Shown in pieces: positions 37,236 to 47,448 of a stretch of 64,000 bases of DNA. The translations under genes were made by a program, and so were the position numbers. Below the pieces are notes generated by a model that was not told the DNA's origin, did not search any database, and worked only from the letters and a program-made list of their open reading frames with translations. This DNA comes from an uncultured Bacteroidales bacterium (GTDB taxonomy: Bacteria; Bacteroidota; Bacteroidia; Bacteroidales; JAIOZK01). Every line of letters begins with the position of its first letter. The stretch's first letter is position 1. The stretch spans positions 79,857-143,856 of the forward strand of contig CAYXUU010000001.1 in the NCBI GenBank assembly GCA_964468645.1, in the 5' to 3' direction.

Positions 37236-37395
37236 GATTGGAATTTTTCGGGATAATTATGAATTTACCCTCTCCGATCTCTAAGGTTTTATCTTCAATC
37301 TCCAACTTCAACCTTCCTCTAAGTACCAGGAACATTTCATCTTCATGGTCGCTTTTATGAAACACGAAGGGATCTTTGACATTTACTTTTTGCAT
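37225..37395 (-). CDS. short cupin-fold fragment (56 aa), probably N-terminally truncated
   Basis: Own translation: MQKVNVKDPFVFHKSDHEDEMFLVLRGRLKLEIEDKTLEIGEGKFIIIPKNSNHEI (cupin motif H..DE.F.VL.G...). Its stop overlaps the DUF3795 start by 11 nt. Confidence 0.35.
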   Translation of the reverse strand: MQKVNVKDPFVFHKSDHEDEMFLVLRGRLKLEIEDKTLEIGEGKFIIIPKNSNHEI

Positions 37396-37785
37396 GATAT
37401 TTACTATGAAGTGGTTTCTGTGCTAAAAGTATAACTTTCGTGTGAGTCATGAATTGCATTCATGATTATTATAATATAAATCCTTCGGGCTAATCCTGGA
37501 GAATCCGAAGTCACCAAATTGCGTTAATAGTTATTTATATAATAGCCATCCAGACTTTCTGTCAAAATCACGAAGTGATTAAATCTCATTCAACTTGGGT
37601 GCAACGCAAGGAAGTTACCTGCTGACAGGAAACCTCAACCCTGGAAGGGTTGAATTGACTGTAATTGAAATATAAAAAGTAATTGCAGATTAGAATTTTC
37701 CGGATTGAACAACCAGGTTGAATTAATAGTGGGCATGACCACCCGGATTCTTAATAATATTAACAGTCAGAAAACAAGAAGACCA

Positions 37786-38328
37786 CTAATCCTCATCCTC
37801 CTCATCGTCATGATCGTGGTCATCCTCCTCATCTTCATTTTCTTCTCCATCATCGTCCGCCTCACCTTCGTCATCGCCATCATCTTCACCTGATTTTTTC
37901 TTTATAAAATTTCCATCCCCATCAAATTCAAGTTCAAATTCCTTGTCTTTGCTTTCGATCTCAATTTCATAGAATATTCCTTTTTCAGTTTTTTCTTTAA
38001 CGGCTTCATCTATCGAAAACCCATCATAGTTGCTACTTACATAATCCTGAATCGCTGAGGGAAGGCTTTTTTCAGGAATTTCAGTTTCTGTGGAAACGAT
38101 ATTGCCTTCAATATCATAGACCACCTCTTTTTCAATCCTGTTTTCTTTGAATTCCACGGCGTAGTATTCCCCTTCTTTTTCCCAGTACACTTTATTTGCA
38201 TCAGGATGCTGAGCCTGAAAAGTTTTAGTTAGCTTTTCCGGCACATCAGTGCATTCCTTTTCTTTTGATTTATCACAGTCACAGGAAGCCAGAAATAATA
38301 CGAGCATAATAAATACAATTGTTTTCAT
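37786..38328 (-). CDS. PepSY-like lipoprotein with poly-acidic C-terminal tail
   Basis: 180 aa. Lipobox FLASC and two PepSY-like repeats (YWEKEGEYYAVEF..., GIFYEIEIESKDKEFELEFD). Tail GEDDGDDEGEADDDGEENEDEEDDHDHDDEEDED. Confidence 0.6.
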   Translation of the reverse strand: MKTIVFIMLVLFLASCDCDKSKEKECTDVPEKLTKTFQAQHPDANKVYWEKEGEYYAVEFKENRIEKEVVYDIEGNIVSTETEIPEKSLPSAIQDYVSSNYDGFSIDEAVKEKTEKGIFYEIEIESKDKEFELEFDGDGNFIKKKSGEDDGDDEGEADDDGEENEDEEDDHDHDDEEDED

Positions 38329-38650
38329 AATTTGTGATTTTAAGTTAAGGGTGATTTATCTTATAAAGGTAGTAATAAGATATTTATTAGCATGATTGGT
38401 AAGACTGGTAGCTATTTTATTGATTAATAATTGAAGCCATATAAAACATCTGGAATATCATAGTAATATGACGCTACCCCTGTCCATAAATGACTCATAT
38501 GGCTTTTTCGGGAATTATGGATGTAGATGAGGATGAGGTTTTCAGATTGACAAAGTCATTTAAATGCGGGCTAAATAATAAAAAATTGGGATGTTAATAT
38601 TAAAGGAAGATTAAATTAAAGCATGGTATGCATCTGGTAAAAAAGGAATC

Positions 38651-41146
38651 CTATCTATCGCTATTGGATTTACCAAGGATGGGCTCAGGAATACCCGACA
38701 AACGTATTTCAAGTTTAACCTCGCCTTCATTCCCATCCATAAATTCGCAATCATAATTAAGCTGATGTGTTCCATGACTTAATAGAAGATCTGGCTCATT
38801 GATTTTGATTGTTCTTAATACATTCCAGTTTTTATCATATATCGTCGTGTTATCTCCACTGGTATACTTAATGATTTCATGCTGATGGAGTAATACCGGT
38901 AATATTATCTCTTTGTGGTTGTCTAATTCCAATGCGATGTTTTTTATATCTCCTTCCACTGCGGTAATGATAAAACCCATGGATTGATTATCGGCAGGAT
39001 TAACAAAGCTAAAGGTTGAATACAATGGTTCTCCCGGCTGACGAACTTTCTGTTGATGCCTGAATTTATAGGAATAAACCCGGGTTAACATCCAGCCGGT
39101 ATCATTCAGCGCTTCAAGGTGAAATTCATTGCCGATATCTTTCATTTGTTTTTTCAGATCCTCACTGAAGGCGTTCGCCATTCTTGCCTTTTCCCACAAC
39201 CCAAGCATATTGAGGATCTCTTCAGACTGACCGCTTTCCTCAAGCACTTTATACCCTGTACAAAAAGCATATCCGGCATTAAATGCCGCTGAGCGTGCCA
39301 GCATCCATTCAATATCTTCAGTACTGGTTTGGGGGGTCATGTTAAACCACCCGAGCATTCCGGGCATCAGGTTGCGTTTAAAGTATTTCTGGTTTTTCAT
39401 CCGGTAATCGGTCTGGCTTTCCCTGAATCCGGCATACCATGGCTCACCCCAGTTCATGCGGGTAAACATATGCCAGAAATAGTGTGAAGTCCGGCTGGCA
39501 TCAGCAATATAATGATGCTTGATTTCATCGCTGAGATTATCATACCATGTTTGTGTAAACAAAATCTCACCATAGTTGCCCATCCCGGTAGAACGGTTCC
39601 CTTCAAGTCCATCGAACGAAATTTGCCGAAGGCCGGTCTGGTTATATAATTCTGCAATGTTAGTTGCAACCTCAATACTTAGTTCGGGATTGGTAAGGAA
39701 TACTCTGTAGGCATGATCAGCCAGTTTACTGACTTCTTCCCCGTTCAAATGTTCCGAAGGAGTTGTGCCAAATGCACCACGCTGACAATCCATTAATATC
39801 CATGGGGCTTTATCTGCTACGGAGCCATAGCGTACCAGTTCATTACCAATGACCACAGTTTTCAGATGATTGTTTTTATATTGATTAAAGAAATCAGGTG
39901 ATCCTACAGGTATTACTGTTTGTACCGCATCAATGTCTTCTGTCAGCTTATTGGTTCCCACCTTCGCAAGTCGTTTATCGGGAACAGGAGTGACATATGG
40001 ATCATTGGTTGTAATGAAATTAGAAAGTGTATGAACGCCCAGCATAATACCTGCGTCCTGTGCCTTCCTCACACAATTCTTCATGCTTTTTATTCCATCA
40101 GGAAATTGTTCTTCCTTAAGTTTGAAATGTCCCCAGTATTCGAATGGTCCGGGATGATAGAGGTATCTAAGTCCTGCTTTCTTTGTTACCGCCAGGGCTT
40201 TTTCAATATCATCTTCTCCGAATCCCATGATCAGATAAGCGGCCGAAGCGCTTTTCGATTGCTTCCCCCAAATATCATCGATCATTGGATGCGGCAGGCC
40301 TTCATTAATTTCGATTTCCCCAATGGTTTCGAGGGTTTTACCAGTTTTACATCCAAACAGGGCAATGCCGGATCCAATGATCCCCTCATCCTCATAAACC
40401 GGTGCTGTATATTTTTCATGGTGCCAGTTCATCAAGATCCTTTCGGTGTTGCGGTTCCTGCAATAAGCCTGTAAACTGCTACCGAAACCGGCCGGTTTTG
40501 CCGCTTCCACCCGGTAAAGGACATATCGTTTATTTTCCTCCTTCATATCGGTAAAATCATCCTGCTCAAATATATCGATCTGGGGCATGCAATCATTTTT
40601 ATTCCAGGGATATCCACCCAGCGTCCTGGGATTCAGGGCCTGAAGACCGATGGTGAAATCCTCACCCTGGGCAATACCAACAGTCTCTCCGATAGAATTG
40701 TTGAGTGTGGTACAATACGGCCCCCAGACGATCAGATCAATACTCTCAGCATCGGTAATTGATTTCAGATAAAAAGTGAGATAGTCCTTATCTTGTTCCA
40801 CATGGATTATTGCCTTAATATCTTCGCTGAATGACAGGACTATGTCATTGTTTTCCTTATTGAAAACCATTGATTCGGGATATAACATGATACTCTTGAC
40901 CTGCACAGATAAAAGAGGTGATACAGTATCTGAAGCAAGATAGTTGGTGCCATTGCTTTTATCGATTAATCCAGTTAACTCCCCATTTTTATTCAATGTG
41001 ATTTTGAAGCTGCCATTTTCTGACTCGAAATCATATGATGTGCTGGTGCAGGAGGTAAACAAAATGCTGCATGCAAAGTAATAGAAAAAGTGTTTTTTGA
41101 TGTTCTCAGATGTTTTATAGAAAATGTACTTAAAGTTATTATTCAT
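38651..41146 (-). CDS. large hypothetical secreted/lipoprotein, possibly carbohydrate-active (unassigned)
   Basis: 831-aa uninterrupted ORF. N-terminal hydrophobic segment ending FTSC. No motif that I can assign confidently. Confidence 0.6.
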   Translation of the reverse strand: MNNNFKYIFYKTSENIKKHFFYYFACSILFTSCTSTSYDFESENGSFKITLNKNGELTGLIDKSNGTNYLASDTVSPLLSVQVKSIMLYPESMVFNKENNDIVLSFSEDIKAIIHVEQDKDYLTFYLKSITDAESIDLIVWGPYCTTLNNSIGETVGIAQGEDFTIGLQALNPRTLGGYPWNKNDCMPQIDIFEQDDFTDMKEENKRYVLYRVEAAKPAGFGSSLQAYCRNRNTERILMNWHHEKYTAPVYEDEGIIGSGIALFGCKTGKTLETIGEIEINEGLPHPMIDDIWGKQSKSASAAYLIMGFGEDDIEKALAVTKKAGLRYLYHPGPFEYWGHFKLKEEQFPDGIKSMKNCVRKAQDAGIMLGVHTLSNFITTNDPYVTPVPDKRLAKVGTNKLTEDIDAVQTVIPVGSPDFFNQYKNNHLKTVVIGNELVRYGSVADKAPWILMDCQRGAFGTTPSEHLNGEEVSKLADHAYRVFLTNPELSIEVATNIAELYNQTGLRQISFDGLEGNRSTGMGNYGEILFTQTWYDNLSDEIKHHYIADASRTSHYFWHMFTRMNWGEPWYAGFRESQTDYRMKNQKYFKRNLMPGMLGWFNMTPQTSTEDIEWMLARSAAFNAGYAFCTGYKVLEESGQSEEILNMLGLWEKARMANAFSEDLKKQMKDIGNEFHLEALNDTGWMLTRVYSYKFRHQQKVRQPGEPLYSTFSFVNPADNQSMGFIITAVEGDIKNIALELDNHKEIILPVLLHQHEIIKYTSGDNTTIYDKNWNVLRTIKINEPDLLLSHGTHQLNYDCEFMDGNEGEVKLEIRLSGIPEPILGKSNSDR

Positions 41147-41205
41147 CGTTTCAGGCTTTTAATATCCGTCAATTGATACCCTGCTGTTTTAGATTAGTGA
41201 TTTCC

Positions 41206-41931
41206 TTACTGCTTTCTTGTACTTATAACCAGCGGCAGACTTTTATCTGTTAAAGGATTCATTTTAAAATCACCAAACAGATTGGTATCCACGAATCCAT
41301 AATCAGCCAGAATTTCTATCAGTTCATTTTTTCTTATTGGAAATAATTTGACAGAATTCCTGAAAACCTCTCCTGATCCCTTAACAGTTAGTTTGGTATT
41401 GAAATCGATCAGCACCGTATCTTTCAAATCATATTTTCTTTCAAAACAGACCTTCCTGTTATCTATAAGTGGTAGTTCCACAATCTTATTTTCAAGAATA
41501 TTATCATAGTTCAGTATTTGAAGCAGAAATTGACCTCCTTTTTTAAGTATTTCTGAGACCGAAGAAATTAAATATCTGATATCCTTAACTGATAATAAAT
41601 GAACCAGTGTATTTCCAAAGCATATGGATACATTAAAAAATCCAGGATTGAAATTATCTTTTAAATGCAACATATCCATCACATCGAAAACCAGGTATTG
41701 AATGGAACTTCGTGCTTTTGCCATTTCAATCATGCATGGGTCATTATCGATACCGTAAACCTGTTGCCCCTCAGATGCCATATGCATAGAAAGGCTCCCT
41801 GTACCACAGCCTATATCAAGCACTTTGTGATTCTTTTTCCTTTTGGTTTGAATATCAATAAAATCAAACTGAACAGGGTTATAAGGGAAGATGAAATCAT
41901 AATTACGGCAAATATTTGTATAAAAGTCCAT
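41206..41931 (-). CDS. class I SAM-dependent methyltransferase
   Basis: Motif I VLDIGCGTGSLSMHMA, with post-I and motif II patterns (GIDNDPCMIE; FDVM). Confidence 0.75.
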   Translation of the reverse strand: MDFYTNICRNYDFIFPYNPVQFDFIDIQTKRKKNHKVLDIGCGTGSLSMHMASEGQQVYGIDNDPCMIEMAKARSSIQYLVFDVMDMLHLKDNFNPGFFNVSICFGNTLVHLLSVKDIRYLISSVSEILKKGGQFLLQILNYDNILENKIVELPLIDNRKVCFERKYDLKDTVLIDFNTKLTVKGSGEVFRNSVKLFPIRKNELIEILADYGFVDTNLFGDFKMNPLTDKSLPLVISTRKQ

Positions 41932-42013
41932 GTTGCAAACATAATCAAATTGAGATGCTTCATCAGCATATCGGGATAATTTCTTATACTTGCTGATACC
42001 AAAAGCAAACTTT

Positions 42014-44626
42014 ATGAATAGAATTATTATACTGCTTTTCCTAATCGGATTTATCGTTCGATTGCCGATAAATATTACTGCACAGGGAATACAGATAAAA
42101 AGCCCTGAAGCATATTTTGGTTTTAAACCTGGAGATGACAGGAAACTGATTGATTATGAACAGTTGATAGAATACCTTGAAACCCTTGAACAGGTAAAGA
42201 CAACCAATCATGTATCGCTGCAATTGATAGAAATAGGTCATTCCCCGATGGGTAAGCCAATGTACATCGCCTTCATTTCATCCGGTGAAAATATTACCAG
42301 GCTTGATGAACTAAAGGGGATCAACAAACAACTGGCCATGAATCCGGATTTATCCCCTCATGAAGTTGATGCTCTTGTTGAAGATGGAAAGGTTTTTGTT
42401 TTGGCAACACTTTCCATGCATTCAACCGAAGTTGGCCCTTCGCAATCAGCGCCATTAATTGCATATGATCTTTTAACAACAGATGATCCCGACAGGATTA
42501 AATGGCTTGACGATGTGGTATTCATGATGGTACCTTGCCACAACCCTGACGGGATGGATATGATCGTGGATCATTACCGGAAGTATGTTGGGACCAAATA
42601 TGAGGGGAGTTCCATGCCGGGCATTTATCATAAATATGTGGGGCATGATAACAATCGTGATTTTGTTACCCTGTCGCAGGAAGACACAAAAGCCATAGCG
42701 GAGATATATAATACAGAATGGTTCCCACAGATTATGGTTGAAAAACACCAGATGGGATCAACGGGGGTAAGGTATTTTGTTCCGCCACCTCACGATCCTA
42801 TTGCTGAAAATATAGATGCAGGAATATGGAACTGGGCTGGGATTTTTGGTTCCAACATGATTACAGACATGACAAATTCCGGTCTTCAGGGGATCAGCCA
42901 GCATTACCTTTTTGATGATTACTGGCCTGGTTCAACAACCACATCAATCTGGAAAAACACCGTTGGGTTTCTTACTGAAGCAGCAAGTGTCAGGACTGCC
43001 ACACCCATCTATATCGAAGAAAACGAATTGCGTGCCTGGGGTAAGGGACTATCAGAATACAAGAAAGGCATCAATATGCCCGAACCCTGGCCCGGAGGCT
43101 GGTGGCAGTTAAGCGATATCGTTAACTATGAAATTGCCTCAATCAATTCTATGCTTAAAACAGCTGCCAATCATAAAGTTGAAATTCTTATATTCAGGAA
43201 TGAACTATGCAAAAAAGAAGTTGAACGAGGATTGTCTGAAGCGCCTTTTTATTACATTATGCCTGCTGAGCAACATGATGAAAGCGAACTTGCAGGTATC
43301 GTAAACCTGATGATAGAACACGGGGTACATGTTTATAAACTTGATAAGGAATTACAACATAACCATTCAATAATTGAAAAGGGAAGCATCGTAATACCGC
43401 TATCGCAGCCTTATCGTCCTTTTATTAAGGAGGTGATGGAGAAACAAAAGTTTCCGCTCAGGCATTATACACCTAAAGGAGAGATCATTAAACCTTACGA
43501 TATAACCAGCTGGTCATTGCCACTGCATCGTGGAGTAACATCGGTAGAAGTAAATGAAAAGATAGAAGGTATTGATGACGCGCAGAAACCTATAGAAAAT
43601 GGTTTAATAATCAAGACTTATATTCCGGAAGATTATAAAGCAGCTATGTTCTCAGTGAACAATAACGGAAGCTACAGGGCTGCATTTAAAGCTGTAAAAG
43701 AAGACTTAAAAGTTGGCCGTATGGAAAATGGCAATTTTTTGATCATACATGACCAACATAGCGATTCTATTTTGAATGAGATCATTCAGGATGTTCATGT
43801 GACACCAATATTCATAGATAGTATCAGTGATAAGAACAGCAAAGAATTTACTGTACCTCGTATTGCCCTTGTAGAGACCAATATGCACGATATGGACGCT
43901 GGTTGGACCAGGTATGTGTTCGATACCTATGAAATACCTTTTACTGTTGTTAAGCCCGGTGATTTTGAAAAGACCGATTTTATTAAAGACTTCGATGTTG
44001 TTGTTTTCCCCAGCGCCAATAAATCCATCCTGATGGAGGGTAAATACAAATCCGAGGGCCAGTTATATCCGACCAGTTACCCTCCTGAGTTTACAAAAGG
44101 TATAGGTAAAAAAGGAATGGGGAAATTAATGGAATTCTTTGAAAAAGGGGGCATCATTGTTTCCTGGGGACGTTCGACAGAATTATTCACAGGTTCTTTA
44201 TCCTTTAAGCATGGTGACGAAACCGAAGACTTCCGTCTTCCTGTAAAGGATATTTCCAAATCAATCAGGAGTGCAGGTGTTTATTGTCCGGGATCGCTTG
44301 TGAAACTTGAGTTTAAAAAAGACCATCCGCTCACACTGGGTATGGAAGAAAGTGCCGGGGTGTTTTTCAGGGGTAGTCCTGTTTTCTCAACCTCCATTCC
44401 ACGTTTTGATATGGATAGAAGGGTGATCGGGAAATTCCCGGAAGAAAATATCCTGATGAGCGGATATTGTGAAAACCCGGAGAAACTTGGGAATAAAACA
44501 GCGATGGTATGGATAAAAAAAGGAAGAGGACAGATAGTTCTGTTTGGCTTCAATCCACAGTTCCGGGCCTCCACCCAGGGGACTTATAAGTTGTTGTTTA
44601 ATGCTTTGTTGTTGGAAAGGTTATAG
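42014..44626 (+). CDS. M14-family zinc carboxypeptidase-like protein (large Bacteroidota type)
   Basis: HxxE zinc motif (MHSTEVG) and PCHNPDGMD. The signal peptide starts at MNRIIILLFLIGF, so the tracked TTG start at 41990 is unlikely. Confidence 0.7.
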   Translation: MNRIIILLFLIGFIVRLPINITAQGIQIKSPEAYFGFKPGDDRKLIDYEQLIEYLETLEQVKTTNHVSLQLIEIGHSPMGKPMYIAFISSGENITRLDELKGINKQLAMNPDLSPHEVDALVEDGKVFVLATLSMHSTEVGPSQSAPLIAYDLLTTDDPDRIKWLDDVVFMMVPCHNPDGMDMIVDHYRKYVGTKYEGSSMPGIYHKYVGHDNNRDFVTLSQEDTKAIAEIYNTEWFPQIMVEKHQMGSTGVRYFVPPPHDPIAENIDAGIWNWAGIFGSNMITDMTNSGLQGISQHYLFDDYWPGSTTTSIWKNTVGFLTEAASVRTATPIYIEENELRAWGKGLSEYKKGINMPEPWPGGWWQLSDIVNYEIASINSMLKTAANHKVEILIFRNELCKKEVERGLSEAPFYYIMPAEQHDESELAGIVNLMIEHGVHVYKLDKELQHNHSIIEKGSIVIPLSQPYRPFIKEVMEKQKFPLRHYTPKGEIIKPYDITSWSLPLHRGVTSVEVNEKIEGIDDAQKPIENGLIIKTYIPEDYKAAMFSVNNNGSYRAAFKAVKEDLKVGRMENGNFLIIHDQHSDSILNEIIQDVHVTPIFIDSISDKNSKEFTVPRIALVETNMHDMDAGWTRYVFDTYEIPFTVVKPGDFEKTDFIKDFDVVVFPSANKSILMEGKYKSEGQLYPTSYPPEFTKGIGKKGMGKLMEFFEKGGIIVSWGRSTELFTGSLSFKHGDETEDFRLPVKDISKSIRSAGVYCPGSLVKLEFKKDHPLTLGMEESAGVFFRGSPVFSTSIPRFDMDRRVIGKFPEENILMSGYCENPEKLGNKTAMVWIKKGRGQIVLFGFNPQFRASTQGTYKLLFNALLLERL

Positions 44627-44674
44627 GGTTGCCAACTCTATAAGGTTGGCAACCTTTCAAAGGTTGGCAACCTT
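44627..44674. terminator. three copies of the GGTTGCCAAC/GGTTGGCAACC palindrome-like word between convergent genes
   Basis: GGTTGCCAAC (44627-36) is the complement of GTTGGCAACC (44645-54), giving a hairpin. AAGGTTGGCAACCT is then repeated directly at 44660-44673. The array fills the whole 51-nt gap between the two stop codons. Confidence 0.6.
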
Positions 44675-44677
44675 GGT

Positions 44678-45643
44678 TCAAATATCCTTCAGAAATTTCT
44701 TATTTACAATAAGCTTAATGCTTTTTGGGATGATACTGAATTCAAGTGGTGAATGTCCCAATGATTCTCCATCGGTTTCGAGAAAAATGGTGTTCCTTGG
44801 TTTTGATATGATGGATATCTTTTTTCCCTTAAAGGTTTCAACGATTGGAAGTTTTGTAAATGAACCATCATAAAGGTTCTTGATGTTTTTTACTACGGTG
44901 AACTTTGTGGTTTTCTTGATAATTGTAATGTCAAGGATCCCATCATCAGGAATGGCTTCAGGCAATTGCATCATCCCCCCGCCATTGTATTTACAGATCC
45001 CCAGGCTCATGCTGAAAACATTATCGGCAAATACCTTTTCATCATCAATTGTAATTTCAAGAAAAGTATTCTTGTATTTGAAGAGGCCTTTCAGCAGGTT
45101 GATCAAATACGCCATTGTCCCACCTTTACCCTTTTCTTTCATTTCGTTGGTCATCTTTGCAACCAATGCGTCATAACCCATACCGGCCATGTTTGCAAAA
45201 TATCGCCCTATTGGATTTTGATTGTCATGATAAACTACATGCCCGGCATCTTGTATAAAGGTATGCCCCTTTTTGATGGTCTTAATGGCTTTTTTATATA
45301 TATGCGGAATGTGGTACATCCTTCCCCAATCTTTACCCGTGCCGATATTGATCATTCCAAGGGTTATGTCTGTGGTGGGGTATTCTTTCTGAAGGAATAA
45401 ACCGTTGATCACCTCATTCATGGTACCATCACCACCCACAACAATTATGTCTTTATACCCTTTTTCGATATATTCCTTTGCTATTTCAACGGCATGGTAT
45501 TTTCTTTCGGTAAATAAAGCTTCAAAAATAATTCCTTCTTCACCAAGTAATTCGGCAATTCCTTCCCAATCCTTTTCCCCTTTTTTTACTCCGGCATTGG
45601 GATTAACAATTACCAACCATTTTTTAGATTCATTTTGATTCAA
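44678..45643 (-). CDS. diacylglycerol/lipid kinase family protein (YegS/BmrU-like)
   Basis: 321 aa. VIVNPNAG..., GGDGTMNEVINGL. Confidence 0.8.
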   Translation of the reverse strand: MNQNESKKWLVIVNPNAGVKKGEKDWEGIAELLGEEGIIFEALFTERKYHAVEIAKEYIEKGYKDIIVVGGDGTMNEVINGLFLQKEYPTTDITLGMINIGTGKDWGRMYHIPHIYKKAIKTIKKGHTFIQDAGHVVYHDNQNPIGRYFANMAGMGYDALVAKMTNEMKEKGKGGTMAYLINLLKGLFKYKNTFLEITIDDEKVFADNVFSMSLGICKYNGGGMMQLPEAIPDDGILDITIIKKTTKFTVVKNIKNLYDGSFTKLPIVETFKGKKISIISKPRNTIFLETDGESLGHSPLEFSIIPKSIKLIVNKKFLKDI

Positions 45644-46653
45644 GCAACTTCCTCCATTAGTTTATTCATAACCATCTCGGGGGTGATCTCCTGCATGCAT
45701 GCGCAAGATACATCTATTCGACATTCCGAACATTCCTTATCCAATACAAGGTAGGTGGCATGTTCTCCAACGGGAGCCCATCTTCCGGGATGCATGGGTT
45801 GGATGGGGGGATAGATACCAACAGCGACTTTTCCAAGGGCAGCTCCGATATGCAGGGGACCGGTACTGGCTGCTATTATGCCATCGGCCTTAGAGATAAA
45901 ACTGATTAATTCATCAAGGCTTAGTTTGCCGGTAAGATCCACAATATCTTTATGTTTGTCAATCAGGGATGTTCTGATTTTATTTCCTTCTGCTTCTGTT
46001 CCCGTAATATAAATCTGAAACCTGTCCTGTGGAAGAATATCAATTAGTTTGTTGAAATGCTCAATATTCCATTCCCTGGCGCTTCCTTTGGATTTTGGAT
46101 GCAGGATAAGATTGAATTTAGAGGCATTGATCAGGTTATTGAATTCTTCAGCTAAGGGCTTGAAATTATTTAAGCCGAAAAACGGAATAATCTCATCCAG
46201 GTTATAATGATCTTTAGCTCCGAGTAACCTGATCAGTTTCAGGTTAAGCTGGGCTTCATGGCAGGGCGATCTCCGGCGTGAAAGTCTGACCAGTTTGTTA
46301 CAGGTAGTATAATGATAAAGCCGCCCTGTTGCTCCCACCCTTATAGGTATACCTGCTTTTTTTGATAGTTTGGCTATTTCTTTCACGGGGAAAACATGAA
46401 TGATAATGTCTGCTTTCAACTGCCTGAAATAATCAAGCTGTTTATCAGGTGATAAAGCTGTAATTTCCGTCCAGTTTACAAACTCATCTATGTATTTGCA
46501 GGCTTCTCCAATAGGCTTCGTATAGGATTTCCCAAGTAAAATGATTTGGTGATCCGGATTCAGGTATTTCAACACTCCTGCAACAGGCAATGACAATACC
46601 ACATCACCAATTCCATCGGTCCTGCTGATGATTATCCTTTTAGCGACTTTCAT
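45640..46653 (-). CDS. glycosyltransferase family 9 (LPS heptosyltransferase-like)
   Basis: 337 aa. N-terminal RTDGIGDVVLSLP and C-terminal STGPLHIGAALG. Confidence 0.75.
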   Translation of the reverse strand: MKVAKRIIISRTDGIGDVVLSLPVAGVLKYLNPDHQIILLGKSYTKPIGEACKYIDEFVNWTEITALSPDKQLDYFRQLKADIIIHVFPVKEIAKLSKKAGIPIRVGATGRLYHYTTCNKLVRLSRRRSPCHEAQLNLKLIRLLGAKDHYNLDEIIPFFGLNNFKPLAEEFNNLINASKFNLILHPKSKGSAREWNIEHFNKLIDILPQDRFQIYITGTEAEGNKIRTSLIDKHKDIVDLTGKLSLDELISFISKADGIIAASTGPLHIGAALGKVAVGIYPPIQPMHPGRWAPVGEHATYLVLDKECSECRIDVSCACMQEITPEMVMNKLMEEVA

Positions 46654-47404
46654 TGCGGTACAGTTCCTTCAGTTTTTTATATTTCATGTACGTAGCCAGG
46701 GCTGATAACCTGCTGATGGTATATCCGGCTTTTCCGTCCAGAAAACCTAGTTTCAGGAAGTAAAGTTTAATGAATTTCGCAAAGGGAGCGGAGTAAAGCC
46801 TTAGAATATTGCTTTTAGTCCCCTTTTTATATAATGCTTCAGAAGCAACATTGGTAAAATGTTCTATTTGCCTCAGGTGATCCCAGCGCCTGTGGTAAGA
46901 ATAATGAAGCAAATCACCCGCTAAATGTTTTGTAGAGGCATTATTTGGTATGATCAGTTTATCATGTGGGTTCACACCTCCCCACCGGATCTTTTCCCGG
47001 TTGAACAATCGGTATTTTACATCCGGGTACCAGTCGCTGTGCCTGATCCATTTCCCACAGTAATTGGTCATGCGGTTCATGGAATATCCATCATACATCG
47101 GATTCTTTTTTGCCTGCATGATAGATTCCATGAGTTCTTCTGAAAGAGCCTCATCTGCATCAAGAGATAGAATAAACTGGTTTTGAGCCTGGTCTATGGC
47201 ATAATTTTTTTGCTCGATATAGCCCTCAAATTCATGACTGATGAACTTTACTTTTTCGTATTTCCTGCAGATCTCTTCGGTTTTGTCCTGAGAAAAGGAA
47301 TCTACAATGACAATCTCATCAGCTACTTCCTGAACAGAATCGATACATCTTTCGATGTTCTTTTCCTCGTTGAGTGTGATTATTGCGACTGATAAAGGTG
47401 TCAT
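46640..47404 (-). CDS. glycosyltransferase family 2 (LPS-core type)
   Basis: 254 aa. SVAIITLNEEKNIERC...IVIVDSFSQDKT and DADE. Confidence 0.75.
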   Translation of the reverse strand: MTPLSVAIITLNEEKNIERCIDSVQEVADEIVIVDSFSQDKTEEICRKYEKVKFISHEFEGYIEQKNYAIDQAQNQFILSLDADEALSEELMESIMQAKKNPMYDGYSMNRMTNYCGKWIRHSDWYPDVKYRLFNREKIRWGGVNPHDKLIIPNNASTKHLAGDLLHYSYHRRWDHLRQIEHFTNVASEALYKKGTKSNILRLYSAPFAKFIKLYFLKLGFLDGKAGYTISRLSALATYMKYKKLKELYRNESR

Positions 47405-47448
47405 ACTGAAATTAACAGAAACACAAAAGTATTGAATTTAAACTAAAT

